From: Patescibacteria group bacterium
GTDB lineage: Bacteria > Patescibacteriota > Patescibacteriia > XYB2-FULL-38-15
DNA: 64,000 nt
NCBI GenBank assembly: GCA_041737355.1
Contig: JBGSRW010000003.1
Coordinates: 5,332 to 69,331, forward strand
Direction of reading: 5' to 3'
Under the pieces are notes generated by a model. The model searched no databases, had not been told where the DNA came from, and saw only the letters and a program-made list of their open reading frames with translations. Below are positions 37,571 through 46,210 of the stretch, one piece after another; the first letter of the stretch is position 1, and every line of letters begins with the position of its first letter. The translations under genes were made by a program, and so were the position numbers.

Positions 37571-38715
37571 TTTGTTTCTGAGAATATTTTTTCTAGACTG
37601 TCTCCCATTTTTTCCAGGCTGTATTTTTCCAAAACTTTTGTCCGGCCATTTTCTCCGAACTGGAGAAGCAAATCATGGTTATGGATCAAATCGTTGATTT
37701 TGTCGGCCAGCTGTTTCGCGTTTCCCGGCTCAACTAAAAATCCATTTATCCCGTAATCGACGACGCTCCGGACACCAGGCAAGTTTGAAGCAACGACCGG
37801 TTTGCCGCAAGAAGCCGCCTCGGTAAGAACAATACCGAAGGCTTCGGAGCGGTCAACCGAGGGCAAAACGACAACCTCGGCTAAATTGTAATATTTGGGT
37901 AATTCCTCGCGGGCAACCGATCCGGCGAAAATAACCTTATCCCTGATTTTAAAATCATCGGCTATTTTTTCATATTGCGGCCGCAAATCTCCATCGCCAA
38001 CCAGCAAAAATTTTGCTTCAGGAACCTGAATTTTCGCCTTAAGAAGTATTTCCACTCCTTTGAAATAATGCGCCCGGTCCAGCCCGCCGACGAAAAGAAC
38101 TATTTTGTCTTCCATATTAAGATTATTCTTGGCAAGAAGATCGGGATCTTTTCCTGACGGAAAAAATCTACCCGTGTCCACCCCAAAAGGCATCTCAAAA
38201 AATTTATTTTGGTCTTTCAAAAAGATTTCTTTAAGATTTGAATTTTTTGCGTAGTCAAAAGAGGAAACGACAATTTTATCGGCCGTCTCCATAATTTTCG
38301 GCATGCAATGTTTCGTATGCCACCGAAAAAATTTCCCCAGCCGCCCTTTGCCGACGACGTCATGATGATAAGTAATAACCAGCTTCGTTGCTTTATGCTG
38401 GTGGCGAAAGAAACAATTTACGACCTCCGCTCCACCAAAAAAAGGATAATGGAGATGAACAACATCAAAATTTTTTAACCGCCAAAAAAGCTGTGGTAAG
38501 AAAGCCGCGTTCCCCCATTTTAAAACCGGCGTAAGTTGGTGGAGATTAAATTTTTCACCAACCGAAGACGAACGACTTGCCATCTGCCGTGGATAGGGAA
38601 CAAAAATAGAAACGTCATGACCCCGCTTGGCGAGTTCTTGCGCCTCCGCCTGGGCGGCCGATCCGATTCCTCCGCGATAAGGGGGAAAGACCGGCGAGAC
38701 AATCGCAATTTTCAT
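37567..38715 (-). CDS. Glycosyltransferase family 4
   Basis: 382 aa. GT4 motifs (EAFGIVLTEAASCGKPVV). Confidence 0.8.
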   Translation of the reverse strand: MKIAIVSPVFPPYRGGIGSAAQAEAQELAKRGHDVSIFVPYPRQMASRSSSVGEKFNLHQLTPVLKWGNAAFLPQLFWRLKNFDVVHLHYPFFGGAEVVNCFFRHQHKATKLVITYHHDVVGKGRLGKFFRWHTKHCMPKIMETADKIVVSSFDYAKNSNLKEIFLKDQNKFFEMPFGVDTGRFFPSGKDPDLLAKNNLNMEDKIVLFVGGLDRAHYFKGVEILLKAKIQVPEAKFLLVGDGDLRPQYEKIADDFKIRDKVIFAGSVAREELPKYYNLAEVVVLPSVDRSEAFGIVLTEAASCGKPVVASNLPGVRSVVDYGINGFLVEPGNAKQLADKINDLIHNHDLLLQFGENGRTKVLEKYSLEKMGDSLEKIFSETK

Positions 38716-38718
38716 AAA

Positions 38719-39780
38719 TTACCAAAAAATTAAATGCCTTACGGCCCGCCAATAAATATTTAAAACGGGATTAACCAGATATTTTAAAATCGGATTGGCG
38801 ATTTCCTGGAATTCCAGTTTCCCAACAATAAGGCGGGAAATTTCGCGGTCGGAAACCTTCCGAAGTTTGGCTTTTCTCCGTTTATTTTTTATCATCCGAA
38901 TCCAATTCTTGGGATAGAAAAAATATCCGTAGACTTTGATTTTAGTAAAAAACATTCCCCGTAAAAGAGCGTAGGCGAGCATGCCGAGCTCCATCGCAAT
39001 AAAGACGGGAAAAATTAAAAACAGCGTCCCAAGCCGATAATTTTCAAACATTATAATCATCCTGTTCCTTTCCATGTGGTAGAACTGCAAAATACTCCGG
39101 GAAAATTCGTATTTATGCCACATTTTCGACTTTGGGGCGAGTAAAATTTTGTAACCAGCCTGCCTTATTCTCCAAGACAAATCCGTGTCCTCGTGGTACA
39201 TAAAAAACTCCGGGTCAAACAACCCAACCTCGCGTAATACTTTCACCGGATAAAGCACCGACGCTCCGGAAGCGTAAAAAAATGATTTTAAGTTTTTAGT
39301 TTTTAGTTTTGAAATATTTTCCCCATACCCATCGCAAAAACCAAATCCTAAAAAATGCAATTGATTTCCCAATGAATTTATTTTATCCTTTTCTGGATGA
39401 AGTAATATCAGGGATTGAACCGCTCCGGCTCCGGGGTTGTTTTCCGCGGCGGCGACAAGCTCGGAAAGCCAGTCCGGATCGGCCAAGGTATCCATATTAA
39501 AAAGAACTATGTAATCATAGTTCGCCAAAAAAGCTTTCCGCATGGCAAGATTGTTACCCTCGGCAAAGCCTTCGTTGTTTTGATTTGGTATAACTTCCGC
39601 TTCGGGCGCCGTCGTTTTAAAATATTCTTGCGTCTCGAGAGAAGTCTCATTATCAACTATAAAAACCTTAAAGCTATCTTTTGGATAGCTTTGTTTCCTG
39701 ATACTCGCGATACAATCGTCTAAATATTTTCTCGCGTAGTCTTTGTAGTTGATTAAAACAACTGCAACCTTGGGAATCAT
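38719..39780 (-). CDS. Glycosyltransferase family 2
   Basis: 353 aa. N-terminal GT-A domain VVLINYKDYARKYLDDCIASIRKQSY with a DxD (DNETS-like). Two C-terminal TM helices. Confidence 0.8.
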   Translation of the reverse strand: MIPKVAVVLINYKDYARKYLDDCIASIRKQSYPKDSFKVFIVDNETSLETQEYFKTTAPEAEVIPNQNNEGFAEGNNLAMRKAFLANYDYIVLFNMDTLADPDWLSELVAAAENNPGAGAVQSLILLHPEKDKINSLGNQLHFLGFGFCDGYGENISKLKTKNLKSFFYASGASVLYPVKVLREVGLFDPEFFMYHEDTDLSWRIRQAGYKILLAPKSKMWHKYEFSRSILQFYHMERNRMIIMFENYRLGTLFLIFPVFIAMELGMLAYALLRGMFFTKIKVYGYFFYPKNWIRMIKNKRRKAKLRKVSDREISRLIVGKLEFQEIANPILKYLVNPVLNIYWRAVRHLIFW

Positions 39781-39785
39781 ATTTT

Positions 39786-40154
39786 TTATTTACCGGCCGG
39801 ATTGTTCCCGTTGTCCGTCTCCGGAAATTTCTCTTCTTTTCCGGAAACGGCTACCTGCCTGACTATTTTTGTTATATTCCTTTCAATTTTCTCAATTTTA
39901 ACGGTAATCTGAAAAATAATATAAAAAATCAGAACAATCGAAAGGTAAACGACCAAATCAGCGCCACGGCCTACTCCAACCATTCTGGCCATAAAGCTTG
40001 TCGTCTCGGGGACAAGAACGATGGCTCCGACTACGAGCCAAAAACCCATCCAAAAAATCGCATCGCGGAAGGCGAGGAAACCCTGCCTCCATTTAATAAT
40101 TACCCGATAAATAATCAGGAGGACTAAGATGACTAAAAAGTACTGTATGAACAT
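39786..40154 (-). CDS. DUF2304-like small membrane protein (commonly paired with polyprenol-phosphate GT2)
   Basis: 122 aa with four short TM helices. Sits between two GT2 genes. Confidence 0.45.
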   Translation of the reverse strand: MFIQYFLVILVLLIIYRVIIKWRQGFLAFRDAIFWMGFWLVVGAIVLVPETTSFMARMVGVGRGADLVVYLSIVLIFYIIFQITVKIEKIERNITKIVRQVAVSGKEEKFPETDNGNNPAGK

Positions 40155-40167
40155 AGATTTTGCGGCG

Positions 40168-40833
40168 CTATTTTACGGCGCGGCCTAAAAATAAATCAAA
40201 TAATATTTTTAAATAATCTGGCAATTTTTGCCCTCTTCTTACTTTTTGCGAAAAATACTTCACGGTCACGGGAACCTCCTTGTAACGCAGGCGGTGTTCG
40301 GAAATTTTATCCAGGATCTCCGAAGCATGAGCCATCCGATTTTGCTTAATCTCTATTTTCTCGGCCGCGGCACGGGAAAAAGCCCGGAAGCCGTTGTGCG
40401 TGTCGGAAAGCGGCAATCCGGAAGTTATTCTTGTCAAAAAAACCGCGCCGCCTAAAAATATTTTTTTGGAAAAAGGAATTTCCGACTTCAGAAAACGGCT
40501 GCCCAAAACTACATCCGCCTGATTATTTATAATTGGTTTTGTAACATTTAAAATTTCTTCCGGAACGAATTGGCCGTCCGCATCATAGGTAACAACAATG
40601 TCCGCCCCGGAAAGAAGCGCAGCCGTCTTCCCTGTTTCAAGCGCCGCGCCCTGGCCGCGGTTGAGAAAATGAGATATGACCAAAGCTCCCGCCTCTTCGG
40701 CAAATAACGCGGTTTGGTCGGTCGATCCGTCGTTAACGACAATTACTTCGTTAACATATTTTTTAACTTCGGAGACAACCAAACCAATAGTTTTCCCTTC
40801 GTTGTAGGCCGGAATTACAGCGACAACTTTCAT
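40168..40833 (-). CDS. Polyprenol-phosphate sugar synthase-type GT2 (DPM1/GtrB-like)
   Basis: 221 aa. MKVVAVIPAYNEGKTIGLVVSEV...VVNDGSTDQT. DxD as YDADGQ. Confidence 0.8.
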   Translation of the reverse strand: MKVVAVIPAYNEGKTIGLVVSEVKKYVNEVIVVNDGSTDQTALFAEEAGALVISHFLNRGQGAALETGKTAALLSGADIVVTYDADGQFVPEEILNVTKPIINNQADVVLGSRFLKSEIPFSKKIFLGGAVFLTRITSGLPLSDTHNGFRAFSRAAAEKIEIKQNRMAHASEILDKISEHRLRYKEVPVTVKYFSQKVRRGQKLPDYLKILFDLFLGRAVK

Positions 40834-40848
40834 AAGGCTTATTACGGA

Positions 40849-41886
40849 TTATTTAAGTCTTCCATCTTCGGTTTCCCCCGACCTCAAAAGAGGTTTGTAG
40901 GCTCGGGTATAGTCAATCGCTTTTTGCAATCCATCTTCAAGACGAACAAGCGGAACCCATCCTAAAATTTCCCGCGCCCGGCTCGTATCGGGAAGACCAA
41001 GCGGGGTCATAAAAAGAAGCGGGTCGGCAAAAACTATTTTTGATTCCGATTCCGTCATTTCAATAATTTTTTTCGCTACATCAACCAATCTTAAATCTTC
41101 GCTGCTGCCAAGATTAACCGGACCGATATCAGCCGGAGCAGCCATCAATTTAATAAGGCCGGAAACAATATCGTCGACATAGCAAAGCGAAGTGGAAAAA
41201 TTTTCATCGCCGTAAATAATCAGATCTTTGCCGTCAATCGCGTCGATAATAAAGTCCGGGACCATCTCTCCGTCAAACAACCTTTCGCGCGGGCCGTAGG
41301 TCCTGAAAATTCTGGCGATCTTCGCGTCGAGCCCGTGAACTTCACGATAAGTGTTGACCATTGTTTCAGCGAATCTCTTTCCCTCGTCGTAGCAGCCGCG
41401 TGGCGTCAGATGATTAACGCAGCCGGTCTCGTCTTCCTGGAAAACGGTACGTTCAGCGGTCCGCGGTCCGTACACTACGGCGGAAGAAATATGAACAATC
41501 TTGGCTTTGTATTTGGCGGCAAGATCAAGAACGTTTTTCATTCCGACTGAATTGGCCTCGAGCGTCGCCGTTTTAAATTTATCAAAACCTTTCGCCGAAG
41601 TCGGACAGGCAAGATGGTATATTTCCTGAATACCCTGAAACTTTATTTTAAATCGCTCGAGCTCCGGCATATTCTCAAGATCAACCGGCTGGCAAATATC
41701 CTGGCGCACGAAAGCGAAATCGGGATGCTGGAGCAAAAAATCTATGTTGGAAACGCTGCCTGTCGAAAAATTATCAAGACAAATAACGCGGTTATTTTTT
41801 ATTAATTTTTCGCAAAGATGCGAACCAACAAAACCCGCTCCTCCGGTAATCAAAATGTTGTTTTTCTCAAAAATAGTTTTAGCCAT
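40849..41886 (-). CDS. NAD-dependent sugar-nucleotide epimerase/dehydratase, UDP-glucuronate decarboxylase (UXS)-like
   Basis: 345 aa. ILITGGAGFVGSHLCEKL Rossmann motif. The VICLDNFSTGS pattern is typical of UXS/ArnA-like SDRs. YxxxK (YDEGK). Confidence 0.7.
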   Translation of the reverse strand: MAKTIFEKNNILITGGAGFVGSHLCEKLIKNNRVICLDNFSTGSVSNIDFLLQHPDFAFVRQDICQPVDLENMPELERFKIKFQGIQEIYHLACPTSAKGFDKFKTATLEANSVGMKNVLDLAAKYKAKIVHISSAVVYGPRTAERTVFQEDETGCVNHLTPRGCYDEGKRFAETMVNTYREVHGLDAKIARIFRTYGPRERLFDGEMVPDFIIDAIDGKDLIIYGDENFSTSLCYVDDIVSGLIKLMAAPADIGPVNLGSSEDLRLVDVAKKIIEMTESESKIVFADPLLFMTPLGLPDTSRAREILGWVPLVRLEDGLQKAIDYTRAYKPLLRSGETEDGRLK

Positions 41887-41906
41887 ATTATACTGATACT
41901 AATTAA

Positions 41907-44129
41907 TTATCTTATCACTCCGAGAGAAACTCCGCCCTTAAAATCCTGTCCGAAAGCATAAAATTCATTCCGCAAAATTCCCTTACCGCTATATACTTTC
42001 AGATGCGACCCCCCGCCCGGCCCGACGCCAACTAAAAGTTCGGAAACTCTGTCCCCGTCCAAATCTCCAACTGCCAAATTTACCCCTCCGCTAAAATCGG
42101 CAAACGCATCAAATTTTAATTTTAAAGTTAAGTATTGCCCATAAACACGCACTTCGCTGCCACCATTCATTTTTCCGACAGCAATCTCGGCAACCTTATC
42201 GCCGTCCAGGTCGCCGGAAGAAATCCTTACTCCGTCTTTGAAATTATTTTCAAAGGCCAAAAATTGCGTATTCAAATTTCCTTTGGAATCAAAAACTTTT
42301 ACTGCTGACTCCATGCCTCTGCCCGGCGAAACAATAATATCAGTCTTGCCATTGCCGTCAACATCGCCAACCGCGACATTAACTCCGCCGCGAAAAGTTG
42401 CCGGGTATGCCATGAAACCGCCAAGAACAGTTCCGTCCTGCCGGAAAATACGGACATGCGGACCGCCACCAGGTCCGGCGCCGGTCACAATCTCGCTCTT
42501 ACCGTCGCCGTCAATATCACCAGCCGCGACATTAACTCCACCGCGAAAAGCTTTACCATACGCCATAAAACCGCTGATTGCCGTTCCATCCTGCCGGAAA
42601 ATGCGGACATGCGGACCGCCACCAGGTCCGGCGCCGGTCACAATCTCTCCTGCCCCATCTCCGTTTACGTCGGCCGAAACAACGTTAACACCGCCCCGAA
42701 ATGCTTCTGGATAAACCATGAAACTTTTTACAAAGGTCGAATTTTCCTTAAAAATCTTTACCTCCGGTTTGACAACGGAAACCGGGGCAACCAAAATATC
42801 TCCTTTACGCAGAGAAAACTGAGAACTTTCTACCGTAAGATAAGCTGCCTCAACAACTCTTACCATGTTCAGGCGTCCTTTACCGAGCTTGCCTTCATAA
42901 TCGGGATTATTAACATCAATATTATCTGAATTGACCGTTAACAAATTTCTGACTTCGGTAACCCCCAAATTACGGTTAATGGATTTGATCAAAGCAACGG
43001 TTCCCGAGACAAGCGGTGCGGCTACCGAAGAACCGGACCAGCCGCCGCTGTAATATTCTTCGAAGTCTGCCATGCCCGGATTATAAGCAACCGTACTCCA
43101 AAAATCAACGCCTGGCGCAGAAACATCTACACATTTTGTCCCGTAATTTGAAAACGGCGCTTTTCTATCTTCTTTGTCGGTAGCGGCAACTCCGATGACA
43201 ATATTTTCTCCTTCGCCGCCGTAATAGCAGACCGGATACTGCGGCTCGATGTCCAAATCCTGGCCAACCCCACTTTGATTGCCGATTGCTGCGACAACAA
43301 CTACGCCGGCTTTGTAGGCCCGCTCGAGAGCCAAAAATAAACTTTTGCTAAAACCCGAACCGATAAAACTTAAATTAATTACATCGGCCCCTTTTTCTAC
43401 CGCATAATCAATGCCTTCAATAACCGTTAGGACATCGCCTGATCCGGCCGAGTCAAGTACGCGGATCGGCATTATTTTTGTTCCCCAGGCCGCCCCGGCA
43501 ATACCGCGCGAATTGTTTCCGACTGCGCCAACAATCCCGGCGATAATTGTCCCGTGGTCAATACCCTCCTTGGTATACCACCATTCCTTAAAATCAGGGC
43601 GCGGATTATCGTCACCGGCGACAAAATCCCAGCCGTTCGTATCGTCAACGTAAATATTTCCGTCATTATCAACTCCGTCATTGGGAATTTCTCCGCGATT
43701 AATCCAAATATTGTCTTTCAAGTCAGGGTGATCAATGTCCACGCCGGTATCCAAAACAGCAACAACCACATCTGCCGATCCGGAAGTTTTTGCCCAAGCC
43801 TCATGAGCCCTGACTCTGTCCAAATACCATTGTTTTTCAAGATACGGATCGTTCAAAGCAATCGTTGTTTCGGTTTTGATTAAATAATTCGGCTCGGCAA
43901 ATTCAACAGCCGGGCTATCGGACAATTCTTTTACTTTTTGGCTTACGTTTTCCCATGGCGACAAAATAATTTTCTCCACTCCCTCGACGCCCTTATGTTT
44001 AACTAAAATTTCCCCTATCCGGTAAGCTTTATCGGAACGCAAATCAAAACCAGCACCGGAGGCCGCCATCGGAGCTAAATTAAAAATTGCCAAGCTTAAT
44101 ACTATGACTAGGCTTATTTTTCTGCTCAT
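41907..44129 (-). CDS. Secreted subtilisin-like serine protease (S8) with C-terminal FG-GAP repeat array
   Basis: 740 aa. Signal peptide. S8 triad regions (VAVLDTGVD, HGT, GSSVAAP). Four or five FG-GAP repeats (FRGGVNVxxGDxDGDG...GAGPGGGPHVRIF). Confidence 0.8.
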   Translation of the reverse strand: MSRKISLVIVLSLAIFNLAPMAASGAGFDLRSDKAYRIGEILVKHKGVEGVEKIILSPWENVSQKVKELSDSPAVEFAEPNYLIKTETTIALNDPYLEKQWYLDRVRAHEAWAKTSGSADVVVAVLDTGVDIDHPDLKDNIWINRGEIPNDGVDNDGNIYVDDTNGWDFVAGDDNPRPDFKEWWYTKEGIDHGTIIAGIVGAVGNNSRGIAGAAWGTKIMPIRVLDSAGSGDVLTVIEGIDYAVEKGADVINLSFIGSGFSKSLFLALERAYKAGVVVVAAIGNQSGVGQDLDIEPQYPVCYYGGEGENIVIGVAATDKEDRKAPFSNYGTKCVDVSAPGVDFWSTVAYNPGMADFEEYYSGGWSGSSVAAPLVSGTVALIKSINRNLGVTEVRNLLTVNSDNIDVNNPDYEGKLGKGRLNMVRVVEAAYLTVESSQFSLRKGDILVAPVSVVKPEVKIFKENSTFVKSFMVYPEAFRGGVNVVSADVNGDGAGEIVTGAGPGGGPHVRIFRQDGTAISGFMAYGKAFRGGVNVAAGDIDGDGKSEIVTGAGPGGGPHVRIFRQDGTVLGGFMAYPATFRGGVNVAVGDVDGNGKTDIIVSPGRGMESAVKVFDSKGNLNTQFLAFENNFKDGVRISSGDLDGDKVAEIAVGKMNGGSEVRVYGQYLTLKLKFDAFADFSGGVNLAVGDLDGDRVSELLVGVGPGGGSHLKVYSGKGILRNEFYAFGQDFKGGVSLGVIR
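42436..42648. repeat. Tandem DNA repeat, 153-nt period, inside the FG-GAP region of the S8 gene
   Basis: A 59-nt block (tcctgccggaaaatRcggacatgcggaccgccaccaggtccggcgccggtcacaatctc) at 42436-42494 recurs at 42589-42647 with one mismatch. Confidence 0.7.
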
Positions 44130-44232
44130 ATTTTAATAATTATAGCACTGCTCTTCCTAAAAGACAAACGAAAAATGGGCAAGAATATTTCCTGCCCATT
44201 TTTCTCTTTGAATAGAGCAAATCCTGGATTTG

Positions 44233-46125
44233 TTACCTGATTGTATCGCTAATTGTCCGCGACGAGGCTTCAACTGAGGCCTTGCTATAATCGGACGACG
44301 AATTTATATTTGCGCCGCCCTCAATATAGTTTGTCCGGAAAACTTCCGGCACGGCAATAATCTTTTTTTCCCAATCAGCGCCGTAAAGCGCCGAGGCCGC
44401 GCTGGCGGAGGTTACCCAGCGCAACTGGCTACTGGCCTCAAGGGCATAAATTTTGGGATCCAAAACGCGGAAGGGAGTATCCATGCTGACGAATTGGACA
44501 AGATATGTGCCGGGCTTAGCGATAACGTTTCCCCCCAGGGGCGCTGACGTCACGGTTTCGTGGCTTACCGTTTTAATACCGGAAAACCCCGAATACCATG
44601 AAAAATAAATTGCCTGAGTCGGAAAAACATGCCGCTTTCCGTCTGTCCCGTAATAATAAACCGCCGTGCTGCCGCTTTCTTTAAAAAGATCGCCGTAGAC
44701 CAATCCGCTGGGCGGCGTGACGGCCGTAAAAGTCACTGTCGCAGTTTGAGTTATGGCCGTACTGTCAACGGTAGCTGTGAAAATCGATGTCCCGGCCGTG
44801 CCGGACCTTACCTGCAAAGTCGCCTGGCCTGAAGAATTTGTAATGCTGCCTCCTGATACCGAAGAAACCGTATCAGTGCTGCCCCGGCTAGAAGTCAAAA
44901 CTACGGTTTTCCCGGAAAGAGGATTGTCCGAGGCGTCGCGGACGGTCACGGAAACCGTCGCGTAAGAACTATTATCCGCCGATACCGAAGATGGCGTAAC
45001 GTAGACGCTTGACCTTGAAGCGGAAACCGGACCGGGTGTCGGTGTTGTTGAAGTAAAAGTCACGGTAGCGGTTTCGGCAATGACCGTGCTGCCGGTTGTG
45101 GCTGTAAAAACAGAACTCCCCGCGGTGTTGGAATGAACTTGGAAATAAGCCTTGCCGTCGGAACCGGTTGTCCCTGTCATACTTACAATTGTATCTATAG
45201 CCCCCCTGGTTGAAGAAAGCGTGACCACTCTTCCGGAGAGCGGGCTGCCCGAAGAATTTTTTATTGTAGCCGTAATAACTGAAATCGACGAACCGTCGGC
45301 GACAACAGAAACCGGTGAAGCCGAAACAGTTGACTGGCTGGCGGAAACTGTCAGAGCCGGATCGGTCGTTGTCCTAAAACTCCAAGGATTACTCACGGCT
45401 GGCGAGATGCCGGTAGAAACCAAATATCCAATCTTATCTTCCCCCGTTGCCGTAACTGTCACATTGGTATCGTAAGGGAGAGTCAGCAATCTTGACCGAG
45501 TCACTGCGTTGCCACTCCACGACGGCGGGCCCCAGCTGCCGGATGAAATAGATATGCTCACCGTTCCGGTATTCATCGGCTCGGAAAAAGTTACTCTAAC
45601 AAATGACGACGTCACGCTCACTCCGGTTGCCCCGGCGGTTGGCACGGTTGAAAGAATAACCGGCGAAGCATTGTCGTCAACATTAACTAGGGTCTGATCA
45701 GGAGCCGCCACGCCCAATACCATGACACTGCCCAAAGTTCCCTGATTGGTATAATCAATATCCGCAGGAACAAAAGTTCCCGGATAACCGGTCTCGCCCG
45801 TGTTGCCGGAAACAAGAAGATAAAAATAATTTGTTGAACCATCACAGTTTGCATCAGATCCGGAGCCGTTTAATCTTCCTGTCGGAGCGGACAACCCGAT
45901 GCTTCCGCCGCCGATAACCCAATCACCAGCCTCGAATTGGCAACTTGTGACATTAAGGTCAAAAGTCACCTTAAGGCGGTCAATCGTGCCGTTGTGGTCA
46001 GCGTCCGAAAAAGCGGCGGACACTAAAGTTGGTGTCCAAGCCAAGGCCACCTGCGGTAATGCCAAACTGAATCCGCTCATTGCCAAAATGGTTGCCACAA
46101 CGAGAAAAATTCTAATTTTTTTCAT
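44233..46125 (-). CDS. Secreted Ig-like (Big-type) domain protein with the shared YYYG-DGKR-VFP C-terminal module
   Basis: 630 aa. Signal peptide MKKIRIFLVVATILAMSGFSLALPQVALA. Thr/Ser-rich Ig-like repeats (TATVTFT). C-terminal module GDLFKESGSTAVYYYGTDGKRHVFP...SWY...VKTVS. Confidence 0.6.
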   Translation of the reverse strand: MKKIRIFLVVATILAMSGFSLALPQVALAWTPTLVSAAFSDADHNGTIDRLKVTFDLNVTSCQFEAGDWVIGGGSIGLSAPTGRLNGSGSDANCDGSTNYFYLLVSGNTGETGYPGTFVPADIDYTNQGTLGSVMVLGVAAPDQTLVNVDDNASPVILSTVPTAGATGVSVTSSFVRVTFSEPMNTGTVSISISSGSWGPPSWSGNAVTRSRLLTLPYDTNVTVTATGEDKIGYLVSTGISPAVSNPWSFRTTTDPALTVSASQSTVSASPVSVVADGSSISVITATIKNSSGSPLSGRVVTLSSTRGAIDTIVSMTGTTGSDGKAYFQVHSNTAGSSVFTATTGSTVIAETATVTFTSTTPTPGPVSASRSSVYVTPSSVSADNSSYATVSVTVRDASDNPLSGKTVVLTSSRGSTDTVSSVSGGSITNSSGQATLQVRSGTAGTSIFTATVDSTAITQTATVTFTAVTPPSGLVYGDLFKESGSTAVYYYGTDGKRHVFPTQAIYFSWYSGFSGIKTVSHETVTSAPLGGNVIAKPGTYLVQFVSMDTPFRVLDPKIYALEASSQLRWVTSASAASALYGADWEKKIIAVPEVFRTNYIEGGANINSSSDYSKASVEASSRTISDTIR

Positions 46126-46210
46126 AGATTTATTTAATTTATGAATTAATTATACTTTTCACTCCACTTACTAATATAACGATAACTGAGCCAAAATCTT
46201 TCAAAGACTT

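Noticed and set aside
42238-42929. Plus-strand ORFs 42238-42714 and 42456-42929 with repetitive Pro/Arg-rich translations
   Set aside because: Antisense of the FG-GAP repeat region of the S8 protease. The repetition reflects the sense-strand tandem repeat.
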